From Tubiluchus corallicola (lineage: Eukaryota > Animalia > Priapulida), in the NCBI GenBank assembly GCA_030141605.1, contig JAQGDQ010002496.1, positions 1 through 18,159 on the forward strand: a DNA stretch of 18,159 bases. Direction: 5' to 3'. The notes beneath the pieces were generated by a model. That model ran no database searches and was not told where the DNA came from. It worked only from the letters and a program-made list of their open reading frames with translations. A program made the translations under genes and the position numbers. Numbering within the stretch: the first letter of the stretch is position 1; each line of letters starts with the position of its first letter. Of this stretch, positions 9,283 through 16,949 are shown in pieces.

Positions 9283-11217
9283 ATGACAAACTTTGAAAAA
9301 AATATGAATTGCATGCGGAAACATAGACCGGAGCTGTTCCAAATTCTGAGCAACGTAGAAGATACGGGTAGATACAAGATAGTAACCTCAAATGCAAAGA
9401 ATGGGATGAAAAACCTCTACGACACCAAGCACAACAGATATTTCTACAACAACATAGACCCTTGGCAAGATGCCCTAAACTACGTCAAGGGGAAGAAGAT
9501 ACATCTCACCGAGCTCAATCTCTTCTTAGGCATAGGGCTTGGTTATCATTTTACAACCTACACGTCCAGCTTCAAATTCAGTGAAAGCGCAAACTTCCTC
9601 ATAGTGGAGAACGACATGGAGGTTTTGCGCCTTGCCATGCATGTGGGTGATTTTGTGGATATCATAGACAACGAGAATGTCACATTCATCACTGAGAAGA
9701 TGCCTGAAGAGGCGTATCTCTCTCTGCATCGGTTCTTTTTGTCGAGCAACACCAAGTTTTTCATGAAGTCCATAAATATTATCGAGTCTCCTGCGTCCCT
9801 TATGTCCTACCCGGATCATTACAAGGGGATGGTGCGCCAGATGACGTTTGTTATTAAGGAGGTTATGAGTTATTTCGGCAATGATCCGGAAGACTCCCTC
9901 ATAGGTATTGCCAACACATTTTTAAATATTAATGAGATAATAGAGCAGCCCGGTATCAACTTACTCAAGGGCGCATTCAGGGGGAAGACCGGGGTGGTTG
10001 TCGCAACGGGCCCGTCTCTTCACAAAAATATTGACCTTCTCAAGGAGATAGGGGATAGAGCGGTCATTATTGCGGCGGATGCGAGCCTTAGGATATTACA
10101 GGAGAAGGGGATCAAGGTGCATTTTGTCACAAGCCTTGAGCGTGTTATTGAGACGGCGAAGCTTTTTGAGGATATTACCGAAGAGTATGCAAAAGATATC
10201 TACTTTACAGCTTGCCCCGTCATCAGGCCTGAGACTTATGACGCTTTTCCTGGGGAGAGCATCTCCGTTTACAGAACTTTTGCAACGTTTGAGTGGATAG
10301 AGATAGAGAAGGGTACCATTGAGATAGGGCCTTCTTCTGCGAATATGGCTTTTAATATTTTGGAGTATTTCGGTTGTTCCAATATCATACTGATAGGGCA
10401 GGATTTGGCGTTTGGCCCCGATGACAAGAGCCATGCGGCGGGAACGACCTACGGCGACGAACAGCAGAAGAGGTTTGACGTATTCAAAAACAGAGTCGCG
10501 ATTAAGGGTAACTACGAAGATAAGATTTTAACCACGGAGATTTGGCGCAGATTTTTAAAGCACTACGAAAAGGATGTGTCCCTATATAGCGGAAAAACTA
10601 TCAACGCCACAGAGGGCGGTGCATTTATCCCGGGTACTCTGGTGATGTCATTCAGGGGCATAGATCAGTATGTGGATAAAACACCCATATCGGTTGTCGA
10701 GACCGTGAAGAGGCTTGCAGTTAAGCCCGGTGCGGATGAGGTCGAGACAGATAGGGCGAAGATGTGCGCAAAGACGGAAGAGGCTTTGAAATATTGCAGA
10801 AACCTTATCAAAATCCTCGAGGAGTGTTATGCGGCAGCGGACACCTTTATGAGGGAGATCGCCCCCGTCGCAATGTCAAACCCCGGGGCTGTTAATCACA
10901 AAAGGGCTGTAGAGCTATACAATATCGCTTCAAGATGTACAAAGATTGCGGATGATAGACAGTTTTATCTTATTCTGATGCACTATGTTCAGTCATTTTT
11001 TATGAAATCGATAATCGATTTTAATGCTGTCAAAGCGAGTGCTCCGCTTACCCTGGAGCGGAATGTGAAGGAGATGCATATGTCGAAGCATTTTATCTCC
11101 ACTATGGTGGGTCTTATCTCCAAGATGGTGGATCTGTTTGAGAAGATGCGAGAAGATCTCGTTTCAGAACCGTTGATGATGCAGGAGGATCCAGCAGGCA
11201 TAAGGGACGGAAAATAA
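9283..11217 (+). CDS. Motility-associated factor (Maf / DUF115) flagellin glycosyltransferase family protein
   Basis: N-terminal FEKN, FLGIGLGYH, VVATGPSL.KNI.LLK, IIAADAS, NIILIGQDLAF and INATEGGAFI.GT are typical of the Maf/DUF115 family. The gene is immediately upstream of a flagellin. Confidence 0.85.
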   Translation: MTNFEKNMNCMRKHRPELFQILSNVEDTGRYKIVTSNAKNGMKNLYDTKHNRYFYNNIDPWQDALNYVKGKKIHLTELNLFLGIGLGYHFTTYTSSFKFSESANFLIVENDMEVLRLAMHVGDFVDIIDNENVTFITEKMPEEAYLSLHRFFLSSNTKFFMKSINIIESPASLMSYPDHYKGMVRQMTFVIKEVMSYFGNDPEDSLIGIANTFLNINEIIEQPGINLLKGAFRGKTGVVVATGPSLHKNIDLLKEIGDRAVIIAADASLRILQEKGIKVHFVTSLERVIETAKLFEDITEEYAKDIYFTACPVIRPETYDAFPGESISVYRTFATFEWIEIEKGTIEIGPSSANMAFNILEYFGCSNIILIGQDLAFGPDDKSHAAGTTYGDEQQKRFDVFKNRVAIKGNYEDKILTTEIWRRFLKHYEKDVSLYSGKTINATEGGAFIPGTLVMSFRGIDQYVDKTPISVVETVKRLAVKPGADEVETDRAKMCAKTEEALKYCRNLIKILEECYAAADTFMREIAPVAMSNPGAVNHKRAVELYNIASRCTKIADDRQFYLILMHYVQSFFMKSIIDFNAVKASAPLTLERNVKEMHMSKHFISTMVGLISKMVDLFEKMREDLVSEPLMMQEDPAGIRDGK

Positions 11218-11237
11218 AGAATAATTAATTCCTTAAT

Positions 11238-11270
11238 CCGTCGATGAATGGGGGAGAAGACGGCTTTTTT
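11238..11270 (+). terminator. Possible weak intrinsic terminator after the maf gene
   Basis: CCGTC (11238-42) pairs with GACGG (11259-63) around a 16-nt loop, followed by C and T6. The stem is short and the loop large. Confidence 0.3.
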
Positions 11271-11293
11271 ATGATTTTGTAAAAAAAAAGCGT

Positions 11294-11320
11294 TAAAGTA
11301 AACCTAATATTTTCCGATGA
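11294..11320 (+). promoter_or_regulatory. Sigma28 (FliA) promoter of flagellin 1
   Basis: TAAAGTAA-N11-TCCGATGA versus consensus TAAAGTTT-N11-GCCGATAA; ends 58 nt upstream of the flagellin ATG. Confidence 0.85.
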
Positions 11321-11327
11321 GATTGTC

Positions 11328-11375
11328 GCACAAAGGAATGTGCATAGACCTCTATTGAAAAAATCAAGGAGGATG
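11328..11375 (+). promoter_or_regulatory. CsrA-type binding sites in the flagellin 1 leader
   Basis: Perfect hairpin GCACA-AAGGAA-TGTGC (11328-11343) with GGA in the loop, plus AAGGAGGA overlapping the Shine-Dalgarno. This is the same arrangement as in the Bacillus subtilis hag leader. Confidence 0.7.
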
Positions 11376-11378
11376 AAT

Positions 11379-13829
11379 ATGGCAATCAGAGTCTATAACA
11401 ATGTTTACGCGCTGGCAGCTCAGCGCAGCTTGGGTACGAATCAGATACAACTTGAGAAGTCTCTCGAGAAGCTGTCATCTGGCCTTAGGATCAATCACGC
11501 TTCTGATGATGCCTCGGGTATGGCGATATCCGAGAAGCTCAGAGGGCAGATAACCGGCATGAAGCGTGCTGCGATGAATGCCCAGGATGGGGTATCGATG
11601 CTCCAGACTGCAGAAGGCGGTCTTGAACAGGTGTCTTCGATGCTCCAGCGTATGAGGGAGCTTGCGGTGCAAGCTGCAAACGGTGTCTACACGTCAAACG
11701 ATCGACTGGAAGTCCAGAAAGAGGTCGATCAGTTGAAGGACGAGATAGACAGGATATCCAGGGCAACGGAATTTAACACGAAGAAGTTGCTCAACGGCGA
11801 CGCCACAGCCTTGTGGTCGTCGGATTCGCCCGATCTTGAGGCGAGAATCACCAAACCCGTCATGGAAGGGAACTACGCCATAGACATTCAGGTTCAGCCT
11901 GGTAAAAATGCCGTCTATAAGTCTGATATCCTCTCCATGAGTCCTGACAAGATAGGTGCTGAGATATATCTCGGCCCCGACTACAATGCTCCTGCAAACC
12001 CCAATGAAACTAACGTCCACTCAGTGACGGATCCGAATACGATACAGGCAACGGGCACGAGCTATTACACAGTTACGGTGCACGCGAATAGTGCAGCAAA
12101 CACCGAACTGCTTGGGCTTGGGGGCACGTATGCGCACTCTTCATCATCCTGGGCTGTTGGCAGTCTTACCGCCGCTGCGGCTCTTGTAAATTCTGACGGC
12201 GGGTATATAGAGCTTGAGTTTGTGGAAGCGTTGACGTCCGGCAGCACCCTTGATGCCCTTGCCAGCAACGGCGTCCGGGCGCGCTTTATCGATGCTAAGA
12301 CGGGTCAACCCACGGACTGGATATATTCAGGTACTGCAGGTAGTACCTTTACCGTGTCAGCTACCGGCATCGATTTAACTGCTGCAGTATTTCCCGGCGG
12401 AGCAACCGTAACTGCGGATATACCGATAGATATCAGTCTTCCCGGTGGAGGCGTTGCCAACACAGTAAACGGCGGAGACAAGCTGTTGGTGAGCATGAGC
12501 CCTGGACTTGCTGCAGCTAATGCAGGTACGGCTCTGGCGAGTATAGGCGGCGGTGTAATAAGTATTGGTGATGGACCGAATGGATTGCAGGGCCCTAACA
12601 TACTCTATTCCACTGCAGAATCATTGACGACGTTGGATAATGGGGATACCTATCTGGATTATCAGGCTGTTACCGTTTACGTCGCCGAGTTGGACAGCCT
12701 CACCGGCAACTTGAATGTCGGTAACATCACTCTCAACTTCAGAGAGAATGGCCCCGCGGCAGCTGCACTAACTACAGGGGAGACCATGCTCGGTAATTTT
12801 TCCCTCAGGGTTGCAGGGTCTGGGGAGCACGCAACATCTACTACCTATCTCAAGGATATCGATAGGTTTGTAAATGGCGACGGCATCAATATATTTGAAA
12901 ACAAACAGGAGCTGACCATCTACGGCAACGGCACCAGCACTACCATCTACCTCGAGGGGTTTGATACGATCTCCACGATGGAAGAGAAGTTGACCGATGC
13001 GATAATAAAGCTCGGCATGGGCAGTGATGATCCTATGGTGAACAATAACTTGGTCAACTATATATCGGTTCCCACAAATTATGGTTCGGGCACCGTTCCC
13101 GGTACATTTGTGCTTCAGACCGCCGCCCTTGGGAAGTTGAGCGATTTGGCTTTTATCGGCGATCAGGCGTTGATGGATGCCCTTTCCCTCAATCAGATAC
13201 AGGAAGCTGAGCAGAACGTTATGGAAGTGACCGTTCGGGATGCTCACAACGGCGATCTGATAGGGAGCGCAAGGACAGGGGATGACGAACTTGCGGGAAT
13301 TATCGAAGGAGTTGATATCCTCTTTGACTCAAGAATAGCGGTGACGAGCAGTTGGGATGCTGCCACAAACAGTATCGTCTTTGCTCAAGATCCTGCGCTT
13401 GATGACAAGAAGTTTCACCTTCACGTGGTGGACAACAGGACACAACTGCAGATTGGAGCAAATGAAGGACAGTTTATGGATGTATCCGTACCCCAGCTCG
13501 ATGTGAAGGGATTGGGTATTGACGATGTTCTTCTGGTGTCCCAGAGCCACGCCCAAAGGGCTATCACCACCATCGACAGAGCGTTGACAAAGGTGGTCTC
13601 CACAAGGGCAACAATAGGAGCTCAAGTAAGCAGACTTGAGTATACGGTGACCAATTTGGATATTGCTAGGACAAACATGTTGCAGAGCGAATCCCGCATC
13701 AGAGATCTCGATATTGCTGAAGAAACCACCGCATATACGAGATATCAGATGCTGCAGCAATCAGGGATAGCCATGCTGAGTCAGGCTAATCAGCTGCCTG
13801 CAATGGCCATGCAACTACTACAGTTCTAA
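11379..13829 (+). CDS. fliC: Flagellin, large (816 aa) with an extended variable region
   Basis: N-terminal LSSGLRIN.ASDDASG...QRMRELAVQAANG...FNTKKLL and C-terminal QIGAN...RATIGA...ESRIRDLD...QANQLP motifs. The start is placed at ATG 11379 (MAIRVYNN) after the AAGGAGG SD, not at the ORF-track GTG 11340. Confidence 0.97.
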   Translation: MAIRVYNNVYALAAQRSLGTNQIQLEKSLEKLSSGLRINHASDDASGMAISEKLRGQITGMKRAAMNAQDGVSMLQTAEGGLEQVSSMLQRMRELAVQAANGVYTSNDRLEVQKEVDQLKDEIDRISRATEFNTKKLLNGDATALWSSDSPDLEARITKPVMEGNYAIDIQVQPGKNAVYKSDILSMSPDKIGAEIYLGPDYNAPANPNETNVHSVTDPNTIQATGTSYYTVTVHANSAANTELLGLGGTYAHSSSSWAVGSLTAAAALVNSDGGYIELEFVEALTSGSTLDALASNGVRARFIDAKTGQPTDWIYSGTAGSTFTVSATGIDLTAAVFPGGATVTADIPIDISLPGGGVANTVNGGDKLLVSMSPGLAAANAGTALASIGGGVISIGDGPNGLQGPNILYSTAESLTTLDNGDTYLDYQAVTVYVAELDSLTGNLNVGNITLNFRENGPAAAALTTGETMLGNFSLRVAGSGEHATSTTYLKDIDRFVNGDGINIFENKQELTIYGNGTSTTIYLEGFDTISTMEEKLTDAIIKLGMGSDDPMVNNNLVNYISVPTNYGSGTVPGTFVLQTAALGKLSDLAFIGDQALMDALSLNQIQEAEQNVMEVTVRDAHNGDLIGSARTGDDELAGIIEGVDILFDSRIAVTSSWDAATNSIVFAQDPALDDKKFHLHVVDNRTQLQIGANEGQFMDVSVPQLDVKGLGIDDVLLVSQSHAQRAITTIDRALTKVVSTRATIGAQVSRLEYTVTNLDIARTNMLQSESRIRDLDIAEETTAYTRYQMLQQSGIAMLSQANQLPAMAMQLLQF

Positions 13830-13861
13830 CAATTCCTAATATGTATCACGGAGGAAATATT

Positions 13862-14041
13862 ATGTCTGCAATAGAGAAGCGTAATGAACAACAGATAGAT
13901 AATAACAGCAAGTCACAACTCACTGTCTTGTATGAAATGCTGAGAGAGATCTTTGCAAGCAAATTTTATGGCTCGGTTGAGGTAAAGTTTGAGGCGGGCA
14001 AGGTGTCTATAGTAAAACGGACGGAATCTATTAAGATATGA
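13862..14041 (+). CDS. Small protein (59 aa), YezD/DUF2292-like
   Basis: GGAGG SD at 13849-53, 8 nt before ATG 13862. The C-terminal FYGSVEVKFEAGKVSIVKRTESIKI resembles the YGSV.I....G.V..I...E.I pattern I recall for YezD/DUF2292. Family recognised by eye only. Confidence 0.65.
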   Translation: MSAIEKRNEQQIDNNSKSQLTVLYEMLREIFASKFYGSVEVKFEAGKVSIVKRTESIKI

Positions 14042-14050
14042 CCAAATAGA

Positions 14051-14089
14051 TGGCGCCTTCTTAAGTTGAGAAGGCGCCAATCTTTATTT
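14051..14089. terminator. Intrinsic terminator, probably bidirectional, between the flagellin/small-ORF unit and argJ
   Basis: TGGCGCCTTCT (14051-61) and AGAAGGCGCCA (14069-79) form a perfect 11-bp stem with T-rich tails on both strands, between convergent genes. Confidence 0.85.
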
Positions 14090-15302
14090 AGCTTCTATAG
14101 TCTGTATTTATATCGATATACTCGTTTGTAAAATCACAAGTGTAGGCTGTATATCCCTCTTTTCCCATATTCAGGCTTACGCTCAACACATACTCATCGC
14201 GTTTCATAATTTCACAAGCTTTTTCTTCTAAGTTTGGATCGAACAATCTGCCATTTTCCACATACTTCAGATTGTCGAAATGTATACTTATCATCTCCTG
14301 GTCGATTTTAGCGGAGCTTGCCCCTATCGCTGCCATGATTCTGCCCCAATTCGGATCAGCTCCTGCAAACATGGTCTTTATCAGGGGAGAATTTGCGATC
14401 TTTTCCGCAACATCTTTCGCATCAGCCGAAGATGCTGCCCCCTTCACAGATATGGTGACATGCTTTGTTGCGCCTTCTCCGTCCTTCACTATCAGCTTTG
14501 CAAGATTTGCACATACGTGCTTTAAAGCGTTGTTAAATATCTTGATATCATTCTCAGTAAGTATCTCCACATCTGAGCTGCTGTTGGAGATCAGAAACAC
14601 CGAGTCATTTGTGCTCATGTCCCCGTCGACCGTTATGCAGTTAAACGAACTGTCAACGGCAAGCTTTAGTGAAATATCCATCTGTTCCTTGGAGATCACG
14701 GCGTCAGTCGTGATAAAAGCCAACATAGTAGCCATATTGGGGTCTATCATCCCGGCACCTTTTGCCGTTGCGCCGATGTAATACGTGCCGTGCGAAGTCT
14801 CCACAGATATCGCTATCTCCTTCTCAAACTTATCCGTTGTCATTATCGCTTTTGCAAAATCTTTTCCATTTTCATGACCAAGGTTGCTGCAGATACTGTC
14901 CGCTGCTGAGATAATCCTATCTACCGGCAGCTGTTCCCCTATCACCCCGGTTGAAGCCATGAGGAGGGAGTTATTTGGCAGTTTTAGATGTTTTTCATAA
15001 GCTTTCATCACTTTTGCGCAATTTTTAAGCCCTAAGCTTGACGTGCAAGCATTCGCATTGCCCGAGTTTACCAATATGCCGTGAAAACTGTCGCAACGTG
15101 CGAGCAAATCCTTGTCAAAAATCACCGGAGCAGCGACAACCGAGCTGGTCGTAAACACTCCCGACACAAGGCAAGGAACGTCAGAATAGAGCAGAGACAA
15201 ATCAAGCCGTTCCTTACCATTCCCCTTAATGTCCGCATAGGTGGCGGACGCTTTCATCCCGGGGGTAGTACAGATATTTCCATCCTTGATGACCGTTATC
15301 AT
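14088..15302 (-). CDS. argJ: Glutamate N-acetyltransferase / ornithine acetyltransferase ArgJ
   Basis: NSGNANACT, STGVIG, AIMTTD, KGAGMI.PNMATML.FITTD, DGDMSTND, DGEGATK and DPNWGRI motifs. Confidence 0.97.
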   Translation of the reverse strand: MITVIKDGNICTTPGMKASATYADIKGNGKERLDLSLLYSDVPCLVSGVFTTSSVVAAPVIFDKDLLARCDSFHGILVNSGNANACTSSLGLKNCAKVMKAYEKHLKLPNNSLLMASTGVIGEQLPVDRIISAADSICSNLGHENGKDFAKAIMTTDKFEKEIAISVETSHGTYYIGATAKGAGMIDPNMATMLAFITTDAVISKEQMDISLKLAVDSSFNCITVDGDMSTNDSVFLISNSSSDVEILTENDIKIFNNALKHVCANLAKLIVKDGEGATKHVTISVKGAASSADAKDVAEKIANSPLIKTMFAGADPNWGRIMAAIGASSAKIDQEMISIHFDNLKYVENGRLFDPNLEEKACEIMKRDEYVLSVSLNMGKEGYTAYTCDFTNEYIDINTDYRS

Positions 15303-15316
15303 AATAAAGATACCCT

Positions 15317-16309
15317 CTAAATTAGACCGTGATCTTCCGCCAGACCCGCTATTATATTGAGATTTTGCACAGCCTGACCGGAAGCGCCTTTGATCAGATT
15401 ATCCAGTGCACTCACGATTATGATGTTGTCCCCTCTTTCAAATACTGCCATATCCAGAAAGTTTGTGTGAGCTACACCCTTGATGGACGGCGCCGATTCG
15501 CCTATCCTGATAAATTTCTTGCCGCCATAGTAATCCTTTAGACACTCGAGTATTCCGCGTCCATTCGATCTTGCGTATATGGTCGACACTATCCCCCTGT
15601 TTACGGGGAGTAGATGGGGAGTGAATACAATGTCTACCTTTTTCCCGCTATCCTCCAAGATATGATTGATCTCCGGAGCATGCCTATGGCTGAATATCCC
15701 GTATGGTTTAAAATCTTCGTTAACTTCGCAAAAACTGTTGGCTTCCACAGCCTTCCTTCCAGCTCCGCTTGTACCGGACTTTGAATCCGCTATTATGTGA
15801 TCTTCATCGATCAACCCATTCTTCAACAACGGATACAGAGGAGTGATAATCGAGGTCGGGTAACATCCAGGAACCGCAATAAGCCTTCCCCCCGCAATAT
15901 CCTTGGTGAAGACTTCGCTCAAGCCGTACACGGCTTCCCCAATCAGCTCCCGGGCTGCGTGTTCCGTATTATACGTCCGCTCATATAGGGGGACATCCTT
16001 CAGTCTGAAATCTGCGCTCAGATCCAGGACAATCTTCCCCATATTGTAAAAGTCCTTGGCGATTCTGGATGATGCCCCGTGGGGCAAACACAAAAATACC
16101 GCATCCGTGTCCACAGCAATACGGTTGACATCATTCTTCTCAAGGACAATATCGCAAACTCCCCTAAGGGCGGGGAATATATCGCTGATGGCAGATCCGG
16201 CATAACTTTCGCTGCCCAAATGGGCAATGTCAAACTCAGAATGCTTCTGCAAAATCTTTACCAACTCCACACCGGTATAGCCGGTTGCACCTATAACAGA
16301 TACCCTCAC
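15317..16309 (-). CDS. argC: N-acetyl-gamma-glutamyl-phosphate reductase
   Basis: GATGYTG, LPHG, DLSADFRL, PGCYPT, SGTSGAGR, HRH.PEI and DNLIKGASGQAVQN motifs. GTG start preceded by GAGGGAG. Confidence 0.97.
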   Translation of the reverse strand: MRVSVIGATGYTGVELVKILQKHSEFDIAHLGSESYAGSAISDIFPALRGVCDIVLEKNDVNRIAVDTDAVFLCLPHGASSRIAKDFYNMGKIVLDLSADFRLKDVPLYERTYNTEHAARELIGEAVYGLSEVFTKDIAGGRLIAVPGCYPTSIITPLYPLLKNGLIDEDHIIADSKSGTSGAGRKAVEANSFCEVNEDFKPYGIFSHRHAPEINHILEDSGKKVDIVFTPHLLPVNRGIVSTIYARSNGRGILECLKDYYGGKKFIRIGESAPSIKGVAHTNFLDMAVFERGDNIIIVSALDNLIKGASGQAVQNLNIIAGLAEDHGLI

Positions 16310-16342
16310 AACTCCCTCGCAAATACTAATTTAGAATACGAT

Positions 16343-16370
16343 AATATAGAATTTTATAGCAAATGTACAA
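16343..16370 (-). promoter_or_regulatory. Candidate sigma70-type promoter for argC-argJ
   Basis: The - strand reads TTGTAC-N16-TATATT in an AT-rich stretch about 35 nt upstream of the argC start. AT richness makes chance matches likely. Confidence 0.35.
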
Positions 16371-16388
16371 AAAAAAGATACTTTTTAC

Positions 16389-16415
16389 TAAAGTTATCGA
16401 AATATGTGCCGATAG
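16389..16415 (+). promoter_or_regulatory. Sigma28 (FliA) promoter with no adjacent protein gene
   Basis: TAAAGTTA-N11-GCCGATAG, matching consensus TAAAGTTT-N11-GCCGATAA at 7/8 and 7/8. Confidence 0.85.
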
Positions 16416-16455
16416 AGCGACTAGAGAGGATTGCGCTGTTTGGTGTGTTCCAGGC

Positions 16456-16710
16456 TGACATGGTTGGTCGGTGTGACTTGGGTCGATGCGGTTTAGGTTG
16501 GTGTAAGCTGAACTTAGATGGTGCGATTTAGGTTGATTGACATGGTTGGTCGGCGTGACTTGGGTCGATGCGGTTTAGGTCGGTGTAAGCTGAACTTAGC
16601 TGGTGCGGTTTAGGTTGATTGACATGGTTGGTCGGCGTGACTTGGGTCGATGCGGTTTAGGTTGGTGTAAGCTGAACTTAGCTGGTGCGATTTGAGTTGG
16701 CGTGACATGG
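16456..16710 (+). repeat. Tandem repeat, 3 copies of an 82-bp unit plus the start of a fourth
   Basis: TGACATGG starts at 16456, 16538, 16620 and 16703. The copies differ at four positions, and copy 3 has a diverged tail. Confidence 0.97.
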
Positions 16711-16880
16711 TGTGGTCTTGCGGAGCCGAGGGTGCTTAGGGATATCCAAGGATCCACGTGCAGGGGACCGACGCTAAGGAGGTCGACGCAAGGTCAAGTC
16801 AAGGATCAGCGTGCAGCAGCTTCATGGACGCATTGAGTGTCTTCTCGAGACATTGACATGTGAGCGTACTGATACAACTG

Positions 16881-16936
16881 GCGAGTTTTTAGATGTGTGC
16901 GGGTGTGTGCGCGTCTTTATAAACTCGCTTTTTTTT
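16881..16936 (+). terminator. Intrinsic terminator
   Basis: Outer stem GCGAGTTT (16881-88) / AAACTCGC (16921-28). Inner stem AGATGTGTGC (16891-900) / GTGCGCGTCT (16907-16) uses several G.U pairs that form only on the + strand RNA. Followed directly by T8 (16929-36). Confidence 0.7.
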
Positions 16937-16949
16937 GTGTCTTTTTTTG

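Larger units (their letters stand above)
16422..16936 (+). ncRNA. Candidate sigma28-dependent non-coding RNA (about 515 nt) with tandem repeats and a GGA cluster
   Basis: Bounded by the sigma28 promoter (16389-16415) and a hairpin+T8 terminator (16881-16936), with no credible long ORF inside. The 5' end is estimated from promoter position. Confidence 0.5.

Noticed and set aside
11340-11378. ORF-track N-terminal extension of flagellin 1
   Set aside because: GTG 11340 lies inside the leader hairpin. The SD and flagellin homology point to ATG 11379.
698-16233. Numerous short ORFs antisense to or overlapping the housekeeping genes
   Set aside because: These are shadow ORFs of well-supported genes with no independent motifs.
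16079-16531. 150-aa + strand ORF
   Set aside because: It is antisense to argC, runs through the promoter region, and has no recognisable motif.
16456-16710. CRISPR array
   Set aside because: The units are near-identical along their whole length, there are no unique spacers, and no cas genes are in the window.
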